NCBI GenBank assembly: GCA_030265585.1
Contig: JAJDGJ010000001.1
Location: 2,388-66,387 of the forward strand
Origin: Erysipelotrichaceae bacterium OttesenSCG-928-M19
GTDB lineage: Bacteria > Bacillota_I > Bacilli_A > JAJDGJ01
Reading direction: 5' to 3'
Length of the DNA: 64,000 bases
This document shows, piece by piece, positions 9,652 through 19,664 of the stretch. The notes beneath the pieces are model-generated. The model was not told the origin of the DNA, ran no database searches, and worked only from the letters and a program-made list of their open reading frames with translations. Both the position numbers and the translations under genes were made by a program. The stretch's first letter is position 1. Every line of letters starts with the position of its first letter.

Positions 9652-9660
9652 TGGTAGAAT
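9652..9660 (+). promoter_or_regulatory. Extended -10 promoter for the tRNA / ABC operon
   Basis: TGGTAGAAT (TGn-TAGAAT) ending 8 nt before tRNA base 1. Confidence 0.5.
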
Positions 9661-9668
9661 ACATATAA

Positions 9669-9743
9669 GCGGTTGTAGCAAAATAGGTAATGCAACGATT
9701 TGTGAAATCGTCATTAGAGGTTCGAATCCTCTCAGCCGCGCCA
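9669..9743 (+). tRNA. tRNA with anticodon GUG (His-type), non-canonical A-1 and G73
   Basis: Cloverleaf: GCGGTTG/CAGCCGC acceptor, D arm with GG, ACGAT-TTGTGAA-ATCGT anticodon arm, AGAGG-TTCGAAT-CCTCT T arm, G then encoded CCA. Confidence 0.9.
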
Positions 9744-9765
9744 AACAAAATTAGAGGTGAATAAC

Positions 9766-10467
9766 TTGAGTTATATTGAAATAAAAGATTTAAAAAAAAT
9801 ATATCAAATGGGTGACATTGAAATTAAAGCTTTAAATGGTATTTCCACATCAATTAAAAAAGGTGAATTAGTAATTGTTGTTGGTGCTTCTGGCGCTGGA
9901 AAGACAACACTGTTAAATCTAATCGGCGGTATGGATAGTGCCACAAGTGGTTCCCTTTTTATTGATGATGTTGATATCACAAAATACAATGATCGAAAGC
10001 TAACTAAATATCGTCGTGAAGATGTTGGTTTTGTTTTTCAATTTTATAATCTAATTCCTAATATCACAGCTCTTGAGAATGTTGAAATGGCTTGTGAAGT
10101 TGCATTGGAACCTTTTGATTCACAAACTGTTCTTAGTGATGTTGGTTTAGCCGATCGTTTTGATAACTTCCCTTCACAACTATCTGGTGGACAACAACAA
10201 AGAGTATCAATTGCACGTGCTATTGCTAAAAACCCAAAACTACTACTTTGCGATGAGCCAACAGGAGCTTTAGATTATGAAGCTGGTAAAGCTATTTTAA
10301 AACTATTACAAGATATGGTTGAAAACTACAATATGACTATTATTGTTATTACTCATAATACTGCTATTGAAGCAATCGGTGATCATATTATAAAAATGAA
10401 GAATGGTGTTATTTACGAAGAATATTATAATGATAATCCAGCTGATATCTCTGAGGTAGAATGGTAA
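9766..10467 (+). CDS. ABC transporter ATP-binding protein (LolD/MacB-like)
   Basis: GASGAGKTT Walker A, LSGGQQQR signature, [11 protein letters not shown]; RBS GAGGTG favours TTG 9766. Confidence 0.92.
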   Translation: MSYIEIKDLKKIYQMGDIEIKALNGISTSIKKGELVIVVGASGAGKTTLLNLIGGMDSATSGSLFIDDVDITKYNDRKLTKYRREDVGFVFQFYNLIPNITALENVEMACEVALEPFDSQTVLSDVGLADRFDNFPSQLSGGQQQRVSIARAIAKNPKLLLCDEPTGALDYEAGKAILKLLQDMVENYNMTIIVITHNTAIEAIGDHIIKMKNGVIYEEYYNDNPADISEVEW

Positions 10468-12827
10468 TGAGTAAGACAATTTTTAAAATACTAATTAGAA
10501 AGATCTTTAACGCTAAAGCTCAATTTTTATCACTTATAGCTATTAGCGCTGTTGGTGTGGCCATGTATGTAGGTATTCTTTCTGTTCCAACAAGTATGCA
10601 AAGTAATGCGCAAGTTTATTTAGAAAATCAAAACACTAGTGACTTAGATTTAAATAAAGTAACAGGCTTTACTAAAAAGGATCTTAAAAAAATAAAGAAA
10701 AAACATAAAAATATCGAGCTTGAGAAAAGTATAACTTTAGAAGCTACTACTTCATATAAAGATCAAGAAATAATTACCAGACTACATTCTAATCAAGAAA
10801 TCAACAAACCTTATCTTATTAAAGGAAAAGAGATTACTAAAGTAAATGATTGTTTGGTCGATAATGAAAATGAACATCTTTATGGTAAGGATATTAAAAT
10901 AAAAGCTTTGGATCAAACTAAGAAATGCCATGTTGTTGGTGTTATCTATTCACCAAGCTATCTTAGTATCAAAACTAAAGGTTATAGTAGTCTTAGTACA
11001 GGACAAGTTAAATTAATACTATATACTCATCCAGATAAAGCTTACTCCTTTGTTGAAGATATTCCTTTTATTGAGCCCTATAATACACTTAGTATTGTCT
11101 ATCCAGATAAACAAAATAAACAAATTTTTAGTGAAGATTATCGTCTTGAAATAAATAAAAAGGAAAAGGAAATTAAAAACTTATTTGATAAAGATGAGAT
11201 TACAATTATTAGTCGTGATGATAATCAAAGTATCGATGGTTTTTATAATGACTCATCTAAGATTAGAGAGATTGGTGCCATCTTTCCTGTTATCTTCTTT
11301 CTAGTAGCTGCAATGGTAGGTTCAAGTACCATGTCCAGAATGATTGAAGATGAGCGAATGCAATTAGGTGTCCTAAGTGCAACAGGCTATTCTAAAGCTG
11401 CTATTACATCAATATATATAATCTATGCTTTATTGGCAGTTGTGATTGGCTGTGCCTTAGGAATTCTCATTGGTTTCTCAATAATACCAACAGCAGTTAT
11501 TATTGCCTATCATGTTCTCTATCAATTACCACCTCCTATTATCTTCTTTGATTTTGATATTTCTTTACAAGCAATTATTATTGCGATTGTAATGATTGTC
11601 GGTTCAACTTTATTAGTGGCTCTACATCAAATAAAAGATAACTGCGCTACTTTATTACGTCCAAAAGCACCCCTTGCTGGTAAAAAAATCTTTTTAGAAA
11701 AGATAAGGTTTATTTGGACACGTCTATCTTTTATTAATAAAGTTAGTACCAGAAATGTATTCCGTTATAAAAAACGTTTGTTCATGACAATTCTAGCAAT
11801 TATGGGATGTAGTGGTCTACTAATGACTGGTCTTGGAATTAGAACTTCTGTAGCACCCATTGTTGATAAGCAATTTGATGAAATTTATCAATACGATATG
11901 ATTGCCTACAATACTAATCTTAATGAAACTGAAGTTAATAAAGAATTAAAAAAACTAAGCAAGATTAAAAACCTTGATAGCCTGATTGCTACTAATCGTC
12001 AAAATGCTATTGCTTATCAAGATAAGGATGAATATGATCTTGTTGTATTAATGGCTAATGATGCCGATAAACTAAATGATTATATTAAATTTGATCAGGA
12101 GTTTACTGATAATGATATTGTTATTACGCAAAAACTAGCTGCTGATTTCAATTTAAAGGCTGGTAGTAAGTTTAAAGTTGAAATTGATGATAAAGAGTAC
12201 ACTTTTAAAATATCTGGTATTACAACGCAGTATGTTGGAAATTTTCTTTACATTAATAAGGATGTCTATCAAGAACATTTTAATAAAGTAAAATATAATA
12301 GTTTTTTAATAAAGCATCATGGATCAACAAGTGAAATCACTAAGCAGCTTGAGAAACAAAGTTACTTTACAATGATAGATGATGATACGATTTATCAAGA
12401 TACTATTGGTGATTCAATTAATGGTATTAATCAATTGGTTTATATTATGATTGCTTTTGCAGGTATTTTAGTTATTATTGTTATGTATAGTTTAACTAGT
12501 ATTAATCTAATTGAAAGAAGACGTGAACTCGCAACTTTAAAAGTTCTTGGCTTTTATAATCGTGAAGTATCTAATTATGTTTTAAAAGAAAATATTTCTT
12601 TAACTATTATCGGTCTCTTTATTGGTTTGATTTTTGGTAAATATCTCCATATATATATTATCTCTATGGTTGAAGTAACTGATATTTCCTTTATTATGGA
12701 ACAACCACCAATTAACTATTTCTTGACCTTTGGGATTACCTTATTATTTTCTTTAACAGTCAATCTTGTTATGCAAAGAAAGATAAAGAAAATCGATATG
12801 GTTGATTCATTAAAATCAGTTGAATAA
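10461..12827 (+). CDS. FtsX-family ABC transporter permease (duplicated FtsX domains)
   Basis: MSRMIEDERMQLGVLSATGYS and ERRRELATLKVLGF motifs; two TM clusters. Confidence 0.88.
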   Translation: MVMSKTIFKILIRKIFNAKAQFLSLIAISAVGVAMYVGILSVPTSMQSNAQVYLENQNTSDLDLNKVTGFTKKDLKKIKKKHKNIELEKSITLEATTSYKDQEIITRLHSNQEINKPYLIKGKEITKVNDCLVDNENEHLYGKDIKIKALDQTKKCHVVGVIYSPSYLSIKTKGYSSLSTGQVKLILYTHPDKAYSFVEDIPFIEPYNTLSIVYPDKQNKQIFSEDYRLEINKKEKEIKNLFDKDEITIISRDDNQSIDGFYNDSSKIREIGAIFPVIFFLVAAMVGSSTMSRMIEDERMQLGVLSATGYSKAAITSIYIIYALLAVVIGCALGILIGFSIIPTAVIIAYHVLYQLPPPIIFFDFDISLQAIIIAIVMIVGSTLLVALHQIKDNCATLLRPKAPLAGKKIFLEKIRFIWTRLSFINKVSTRNVFRYKKRLFMTILAIMGCSGLLMTGLGIRTSVAPIVDKQFDEIYQYDMIAYNTNLNETEVNKELKKLSKIKNLDSLIATNRQNAIAYQDKDEYDLVVLMANDADKLNDYIKFDQEFTDNDIVITQKLAADFNLKAGSKFKVEIDDKEYTFKISGITTQYVGNFLYINKDVYQEHFNKVKYNSFLIKHHGSTSEITKQLEKQSYFTMIDDDTIYQDTIGDSINGINQLVYIMIAFAGILVIIVMYSLTSINLIERRRELATLKVLGFYNREVSNYVLKENISLTIIGLFIGLIFGKYLHIYIISMVEVTDISFIMEQPPINYFLTFGITLLFSLTVNLVMQRKIKKIDMVDSLKSVE

Positions 12828-12857
12828 AAAAAGTAATTTGTATAAAATTACTTTTTT
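12826..12857. terminator. Bidirectional terminator
   Basis: AAAAAAGTAATTT-gtata-AAATTACTTTTTT between convergent stops. Confidence 0.7.
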
Positions 12858-14485
12858 AAATTCTTATTTATTAATTTCTTTATTTTTTGGTAGTCATTAA
12901 CTTCTAATAACCTTTTTAAAATTGGATCAATTTTATAACGTACTACAATATTATACTCCTCTAAATTAACACCACGACCCTTTTTTAAAAATAGACCATG
13001 ATTAATACTAAAGTTATATTTTTCTAATATTTTATTAACATCGCTAAAGGTTTGTGCAATCCATGTCCCAAAGTTGATATCTTCAAACATATTAATAAAC
13101 TTATTATCATAAATAGCATATAATTCAAAGATTAGAATATTACTTAAATCATATTGCGAAAAGAGATTTGGTGTATTTCGTGCTGTTGAAATAGTAAAAA
13201 TATTATTAGGAATATAGTATTTTTTATCATCAAAAATAACATCTAAAGCAGCTTCTCGCTCACGATTATTATCTTCAAATAGATAGCTTATCTCCCCTAA
13301 ACTATTTTCTAAATCCATTTGATGACAACCTTCAAAAATAATCACAAAATCATCCATAGAATTATTTCGTGCTTTCTCAATAAAACGATATAATATTCTT
13401 GATGATTCATCAACCATTAATTTCTCATAAGTCAAAGAAGAATGAAGCTTAATATGAAGTATATTATCTAAAGTGCGATGCCCCATTAATAGAAAGGCTA
13501 AACGTCGTGCAAAATAAGATTTACCAGTACCCCAATCGCCAAGGATTAAAAGATTACGTTTGCTTTTTAAAAGAGCTAACGCTTCCTCAAACCAAATAGT
13601 CGGATAAACGCTATCTTTGATCGCATTTTTTACTGTATACTTTTCATTTGTATTATCAAAAGTATTACTTACTATATTTGCTTTTACTAAAGCTTTTGAT
13701 AACTCGTTTTTTAAAACTAAACAAAGATGACCATCAATTAATACTCCATTAAATAAGTTTGGTGAATATCTTCCTTCAACACTGGGAAGATTAAAACGTC
13801 TTGATATTTTTCTAGATAGAATTTCAATTGTCTCCTCAACATTTATACCATCAAAACTTTTTTGTAATTCAAAAATAGATATACCATTTGGTTGACTCTG
13901 GTAAATAATATTAAGAAACTCAACTTCATGAGGGTTGAAATGTATTCTCTTAAAAAACGCTAAATAACGCTCTACTGTAACACGAGATGGATAATTTATT
14001 AATAAGCCATTATCATCTTCATTTAAGAGAGCTTCATTAATAATTTCTTCAATTATTTGATGAGTTTCCTCTTTTTCAACTTCTCTAATTCTAATACGAT
14101 GATTGCCATCTTCAAAATCAATTTTATTAGTCGATAACCACTTTACTTTACGAGCATGGGGCAACTCCTTATTATAATTAAATTGATAATTTGATTCAAT
14201 GATTCCTACTGCCCAAATTGATTTAGAGTCAATTAAACAAACAGCATCACCTAAATTCATATCAAAAAGAAACTTTTGAAACATATTTTTTTCAGCATTG
14301 CTACTAACTCCAGTTGCTGTTAAAACCTTATCAAGCTCATGGCTAGGGTCTAAGGCATTATAAATAGCACTTAGGTCTCTTTCTGCATTACGTAGACCAA
14401 TCAAATTGTTATCGAGCATCGTACGAAAATCATTCTCATAATTAAAGAGAAAGTACTTTCTTAAATGCTTTTCTTGATTTTCCAT
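12848..14485 (-). CDS. McrB-like AAA+ protein with degenerate catalytic motifs
   Basis: KRNLLILGDWGTGKSYFARRLAFLL, LHSSLTYE, LGEISYLFE, YYIPNNIFTI parallel McrB; N-terminal GDAVCL..AVGII..RKVKWL EVE/PUA-like domain. Confidence 0.7.
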   Translation of the reverse strand: MENQEKHLRKYFLFNYENDFRTMLDNNLIGLRNAERDLSAIYNALDPSHELDKVLTATGVSSNAEKNMFQKFLFDMNLGDAVCLIDSKSIWAVGIIESNYQFNYNKELPHARKVKWLSTNKIDFEDGNHRIRIREVEKEETHQIIEEIINEALLNEDDNGLLINYPSRVTVERYLAFFKRIHFNPHEVEFLNIIYQSQPNGISIFELQKSFDGINVEETIEILSRKISRRFNLPSVEGRYSPNLFNGVLIDGHLCLVLKNELSKALVKANIVSNTFDNTNEKYTVKNAIKDSVYPTIWFEEALALLKSKRNLLILGDWGTGKSYFARRLAFLLMGHRTLDNILHIKLHSSLTYEKLMVDESSRILYRFIEKARNNSMDDFVIIFEGCHQMDLENSLGEISYLFEDNNREREAALDVIFDDKKYYIPNNIFTISTARNTPNLFSQYDLSNILIFELYAIYDNKFINMFEDINFGTWIAQTFSDVNKILEKYNFSINHGLFLKKGRGVNLEEYNIVVRYKIDPILKRLLEVNDYQKIKKLINKNLKK

Positions 14486-14497
14486 TAAATCACCTCA

Positions 14498-16642
14498 TTA
14501 ATTATTTAACATCGTTAAAGCAACATTTTGTCTCTTTTGATCTATTTCTAAAATATTTACTTTAATAATATCATTAACACTTAGCTTTTCACTTGGATGC
14601 TTAATAAAAGTATTACTTATTTTAGATATATGTAATAAAGCATCATTTTTTAATCCAATATCCACAAATACCCCAAAATCAACAACATTTCTAACAACAC
14701 CCTCTAATTCCATACCAACTTGTAGATCCTCTAATTTTAGAACATCACTTCTTAATTTAGGTTTTTCTAATTCATCTCTAACATCTAGATTTGGTTTTTG
14801 TAATGCTTGAAGAATGTCATTAATAGTATAACTATCAACTTTTAATTCAGTACTTATTTTATTACTATCGATTTGTTTTAATTTATTTTTAAAATCAGTT
14901 GAGTTAATATCTTCAATCTTTAAATCATTATTTTCTAAAATTTGATAAGTTATTTGATAACTTTCAGGATGAATTGTTGTTTGATCTAGAATCTCATTAC
15001 CACCAACAATTCTCAAGAAACCAGCTGCTTGTTCAAATGCTTTTGGGCCAAGTTTAGCAATTTTTAATAATTCACGACGATTCTCAATCCTTTTGTTTTC
15101 TTGACGATAATTAATAATTGATTCACTAATTCCTTTATTTAATCCTGAAATATGTCTTAGTAAATAAGAACTAGCAGTATTGATGTCTACACCAACTTCA
15201 TTAACAATTTTATCTACTGTAAAATCCAACTTGTTTGCGAGTTCTTTTTGATTAACATCATGTTGATATTGGCCAACACCAATTGATTTAGGATCAATTT
15301 TAATAAGTTCACCTAATGGATCTAATAAGCGTCGAGCAATTGAAATTGCTGAGCGTTGTTCTACCTTCAAATCTTTAAATTCCTCTTGGGCAATTTTAGA
15401 TGCACTATAAACACTAGCTCCCGATTCACTAACAATAGCGTAAGAAACATTAAGTTTAAACTCTTTAATCAAATCAGCAATAAACATTTCACTTTCACGT
15501 GATGCTGTTCCATTACCAATAGCGATAATATCCACTTGATATTTATTGACAAGATCCAAAACAATTTTTTTAGCTTCTTCAATTTGATTTTGATATTCAT
15601 GTGGGTAACATATACCAATATCTAGTAATGAACCATTTTTATCAATAACAGCCAATTTACACCCTGTTCTAAAAGCAGGGTCAAAACCAAGAATAACCTT
15701 GTCTTTTAATGGTGGACTTAATAATAAGTTTTCAATGTTTTTAGCAAATACATCAATGGCATCTTCGCCAGCCTGTTCAACACGCAATGAGAATAACTGA
15801 CGCACAATACTAGGAAATAATAGTCTTTTATAACCATCTTCAATAGCTTGATACAATAAATCTTTATTAACGTAGTCTTTTTTACTAAAGAAATAACGAT
15901 AAATGTTCTCAACATTATAATCTTTCTTTAATTCAAAGCTCATTGTCACTACTTTCTTATCAATGGCCCTATTTAAACCTAAAATACGATGATTAGCAAT
16001 CTTGTCAAACTTCTCATTAAAATCATAATACATCTTGAATACTTGTTGTTCATCATCATGTTTCTTTTTTTCTTTTGCCACTACATAAGCATAATTATGG
16101 ATGTTTTCTAAAACAAATTCTCTAACTTTACTATTATCACATGTTATTTGTGCAACGATATCTAAAGCATAATTAATTGCCTCAGCAATAGATTGTACAT
16201 CATCATTTAAATACTTTTTGGCTTCTTGGTTAACATCTAAATTATGGTTATTCATCAATGCTAATGCTAAAGGCTCTAATCCTAAAGAAATAGCAATACT
16301 CGCTTTTGTTTTCTTTTTATCTTTATAAGGTTGATAAATATTATCAACTTCAACAATTTTTTCTGCCTTTAAAATAGTTGCTCTTATTTCCTCATTCAAC
16401 ATTCCTTTTTCATCAATTAAACGAATTACATCTTCTTTTCTCTTTAAAAGATTCTCCTGATATTCATAATGCTTATTAATTTCAAAGATAGTATTTTCAT
16501 CTAATCCTTTGGTCGCTTCTTTTCGATAACGAGCAATAAAAGGAATCGTATTATTTTCTGCTAATAAATCTAGGACAACACTTACTTGCTGAGGACTAAT
16601 TTTTAATTGGGTAGCAACCTCAGTTATTATTTTTTCATTCAT
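14498..16642 (-). CDS. tex: Tex/YhgF RNA-binding transcriptional accessory protein
   Basis: TIPFIARYRKEAT, GFDPAFRTGCK, IDPKSIGVGQYQHDV, C-terminal S1 domain. Confidence 0.93.
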   Translation of the reverse strand: MNEKIITEVATQLKISPQQVSVVLDLLAENNTIPFIARYRKEATKGLDENTIFEINKHYEYQENLLKRKEDVIRLIDEKGMLNEEIRATILKAEKIVEVDNIYQPYKDKKKTKASIAISLGLEPLALALMNNHNLDVNQEAKKYLNDDVQSIAEAINYALDIVAQITCDNSKVREFVLENIHNYAYVVAKEKKKHDDEQQVFKMYYDFNEKFDKIANHRILGLNRAIDKKVVTMSFELKKDYNVENIYRYFFSKKDYVNKDLLYQAIEDGYKRLLFPSIVRQLFSLRVEQAGEDAIDVFAKNIENLLLSPPLKDKVILGFDPAFRTGCKLAVIDKNGSLLDIGICYPHEYQNQIEEAKKIVLDLVNKYQVDIIAIGNGTASRESEMFIADLIKEFKLNVSYAIVSESGASVYSASKIAQEEFKDLKVEQRSAISIARRLLDPLGELIKIDPKSIGVGQYQHDVNQKELANKLDFTVDKIVNEVGVDINTASSYLLRHISGLNKGISESIINYRQENKRIENRRELLKIAKLGPKAFEQAAGFLRIVGGNEILDQTTIHPESYQITYQILENNDLKIEDINSTDFKNKLKQIDSNKISTELKVDSYTINDILQALQKPNLDVRDELEKPKLRSDVLKLEDLQVGMELEGVVRNVVDFGVFVDIGLKNDALLHISKISNTFIKHPSEKLSVNDIIKVNILEIDQKRQNVALTMLNN

Positions 16643-16652
16643 CTTATAACCT

Positions 16653-17711
16653 CTATTTCAAAAATATCTTAACTAAATCATTAAAAGTCACATAAATTAT
16701 TAATGCCATTAATAGCATAAAACTAAGACCAATAATTTTAGACTCTAAACTTTCACTCATCTTTCTTCTTGTAATTGCTTCAATAGCAAGAATAAAAATT
16801 CTACCACCATCTAAAGCCGGAATTGGTAATAAGTTAAAGATTGCTAAATTGATACTTAGAAAAGCAGTAAAGTTAATTAAAGCAGCTAAACCACCACTTT
16901 CTGATATTTGTTTAGTCATATCTACCATACCTACTGGGCCAGATAAATCATCAAGACCAGCTTTACCATTAAATAACATCTTTAATGATGTAAAAATATC
17001 TTTTGAGCGATCAACACTGACATTGAAACCATTTTGTACTATAGTTAAAGGATTTGAACTCTTCTTTAAAACAGTTGATGAAAAGCCTGCAACATAATTT
17101 TTAGATTCTTGATCATACTCTGGAGTAATATCTAGCGTTTGTTCTTTACCATCACGTGATACAATCATTTCATAGGCTTCACCCTCAGTATTAAACATAC
17201 TAAATAATGATAAATCTGTGAAAGTGTTAACCTTAGTAATATCATCATCTTGAATGATTTTAAGTACGTAATCATTTTCTTGTAACCCAGCTTTTTGGGC
17301 TGGTGAATTTTGAGCTACCTCGCCAATGATTGGTTTTGTATTGGCAATATCATTTGTTGCAACAATACCACAAAATATTACGAAGGCTAGCACTAAGTTC
17401 ATAAAGCTTCCTGCAAACATAATCAAGAATTGTTTAAAGCGATTGACACCTTTTAAAGTTCTCTCAAATGGGACATGAGCTAAGTCTTCAGAAATTTCAC
17501 CTTCTTCTCCCACCATTGCAGCAAAACCGCCTAATGGTAATAAACGAATAGTAAATTCTGTTTCTTTTCCTTTATGAGAGAATATCTTAGGACCAAAGCC
17601 TAAAGAAAACTCACTAACATAGACATTGAATATTTTAGCAACAATAAAATGTCCAAATTCATGAACACTGATTAAGATTAATATTATTATTAAAAATTTA
17701 ATTATTTCCAT
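16653..17711 (-). CDS. rseP: RIP metalloprotease RseP/RasP (M50)
   Basis: HEFGH, PDZ domain, NLLPIPALDGG; conserved uppS-cdsA-dxr-rseP order. Confidence 0.93.
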   Translation of the reverse strand: MEIIKFLIIILILISVHEFGHFIVAKIFNVYVSEFSLGFGPKIFSHKGKETEFTIRLLPLGGFAAMVGEEGEISEDLAHVPFERTLKGVNRFKQFLIMFAGSFMNLVLAFVIFCGIVATNDIANTKPIIGEVAQNSPAQKAGLQENDYVLKIIQDDDITKVNTFTDLSLFSMFNTEGEAYEMIVSRDGKEQTLDITPEYDQESKNYVAGFSSTVLKKSSNPLTIVQNGFNVSVDRSKDIFTSLKMLFNGKAGLDDLSGPVGMVDMTKQISESGGLAALINFTAFLSINLAIFNLLPIPALDGGRIFILAIEAITRRKMSESLESKIIGLSFMLLMALIIYVTFNDLVKIFLK

Positions 17712-18870
17712 CAACAATCTCCTTATTTATCAAATCTGTTACATATTTTCTTGTCGCACTATCAATTGCTACTAACTGTTCAAGACTTGGATTTTCAATT
17801 ACTCGATGAGCTTTAAGAGCTTTTTCTACATACTCGACGATATCAATAAATTTTATTTTCTCAGCTAGAAAAGCTTGTGTTGCGATTTCTTTACTAGCAT
17901 TTAAGACACAGGGATAACTATGACCTTGTCGCCCTGCTTGATAAGCTAAAGCCAAACCTTTAAAACGTTTAAAATCGACCGGTTCAAAAGTCAGATTAAC
18001 TATTTTAGTTAAATCTAAAGAGCTATCACTAAATTTAGCTCGTTTAGGATAAGCTAGAGCATAAGCTATTGGCTGCTTCATATCTGGCTGTGATAATTGT
18101 GCTATCATTGAACTATCACTATATTCAACCATTGAATGCACAATGCTCTCACGATGAATAACTACTTCTATTTGATCATAATCAATACCAAAAAGCCAAT
18201 GTGCTTCAATAACTTCTAAACCCTTGTTTAACATCGTAGCACTATCAATAGTAATAGCTGCTCCCATTTGCCAATTAGGATGATTTAATGCATCTTCAAT
18301 ACTAACATTAGCTAGCTCCTCTAAACTTTTGTCTCGAAAACTACCACCGCTAGCACTAATAACCAATCTTTTAACACTCTCAATTTCGTTACTTGCTAAA
18401 CATTGAAAAATTGCACAATGCTCACTATCAACAGGAATTACTTTTGCTTGAGAGTGTTGCTCTAGTAATCTATTAATTTGCTTACCTGCTACTACCATCG
18501 TTTCTTTATTAGCTAAAGCTAGTGTTTTATTACTTTGAATAACTTTAATGGAAGGTAGCAATCCTGCAAAGCCAACAATAGCATTTAAACATAAATCATA
18601 ATTACCATTATCCAATAATTGAATAATTCCTTTTGATCCCAAATAAAAATTTATATCAGGGTAATGATCTTGTAATTCAGCTATTCTTTTATCATCGAGT
18701 AAAGCAACTTCATTGATACTTGGAAAATCATTTAAAATATCAAGCAATAGTTTAATGTTATAACCAACACTTATTTTAGTTACTTCATAATCTGTGCTGT
18801 TTTCTTTAATTACAGCTAGTGCCTGTGTTCCAATTGAACCAGTCGCTCCTAAAACAACTATTTTTTTCAT
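17698..18870 (-). CDS. dxr: 1-deoxy-D-xylulose 5-phosphate reductoisomerase
   Basis: LGATGSIG, LANKE, PVDSEH, HPNWQMG, TIDSATMLNKGLEVIEA. Confidence 0.96.
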   Translation of the reverse strand: MKKIVVLGATGSIGTQALAVIKENSTDYEVTKISVGYNIKLLLDILNDFPSINEVALLDDKRIAELQDHYPDINFYLGSKGIIQLLDNGNYDLCLNAIVGFAGLLPSIKVIQSNKTLALANKETMVVAGKQINRLLEQHSQAKVIPVDSEHCAIFQCLASNEIESVKRLVISASGGSFRDKSLEELANVSIEDALNHPNWQMGAAITIDSATMLNKGLEVIEAHWLFGIDYDQIEVVIHRESIVHSMVEYSDSSMIAQLSQPDMKQPIAYALAYPKRAKFSDSSLDLTKIVNLTFEPVDFKRFKGLALAYQAGRQGHSYPCVLNASKEIATQAFLAEKIKFIDIVEYVEKALKAHRVIENPSLEQLVAIDSATRKYVTDLINKEIVDGNN

Positions 18871-18875
18871 CTATA

Positions 18876-19664
18876 CTATCCTTTCAATAAAACAATAATT
18901 GTAAAACAAATAATTAAATTTGTAAAATGACTATCAACACGATCTAAAATACCACCATGACCAGGTAACATATTTGAGAAATCCTTGATTTTATTTGTTC
19001 TTTTGATTGCTGAGAAGATTAAATCACCAAATGCAGCACCGAAACCTAAAACAAATGAAACAAAAGCAATTTCAACCAATGATGTAAAGCCAGTTGGTAA
19101 TAATAGTCCATAAACTATTCCTACAATTACTGCTAAAATAACGCCACCAATTAAACCTTCAATTGTTTTATTTGGTGATATTCTTTCAATTAGTTTATGT
19201 TTTCCTAACATATTACCGACAAAAAAGGCTCCGGTATCACTAGCTGCTGTAACCAAAATTGAAAATATAACGACATAAAAACCATTGTCTAGTGATCTTA
19301 AATACATAGCACTATTTGATGCTAGAATAATAAACAAACTTAAACTTAAAAGATAAGCCATATCATTTGAATCAATCTTTTTATCAAAAATCATTAAAGC
19401 ACAAAAAATTAAAACTAAAATAGCAATATAACTTGCATTAACTTTTGTAAAATCTGAAATTAATAGTAATGGTAATATATTAACAATATAAATAACTAGC
19501 TTTGATAAAAAAGCATAGTCACGCTCTTTTTTTACTTCTAATAGTTCATGGGTTGCAATAGCAACAATAATAATACCAACAAATTTAAATAACTCAGCAC
19601 TTAAATAAATTACTGGCAGTAAAACTCCCAAAATTAAAAGCGCTGTGATAACTCTACTTCGCAT
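18876..19664 (-). CDS. cdsA: Phosphatidate cytidylyltransferase
   Basis: ISPNKTIEG, GDLIFSAIKR..KDFSNMLPGHGGILDRVDS; start MRSRVIT with RBS GGAGG. Confidence 0.95.
   Translation of the reverse strand: MRSRVITALLILGVLLPVIYLSAELFKFVGIIIVAIATHELLEVKKERDYAFLSKLVIYIVNILPLLLISDFTKVNASYIAILVLIFCALMIFDKKIDSNDMAYLLSLSLFIILASNSAMYLRSLDNGFYVVIFSILVTAASDTGAFFVGNMLGKHKLIERISPNKTIEGLIGGVILAVIVGIVYGLLLPTGFTSLVEIAFVSFVLGFGAAFGDLIFSAIKRTNKIKDFSNMLPGHGGILDRVDSHFTNLIICFTIIVLLKG

Noticed and set aside
9669-9743. tRNA as the attachment site of an integrated element
   Set aside because: No integrase in the window and no duplicated tRNA 3' end noticed.
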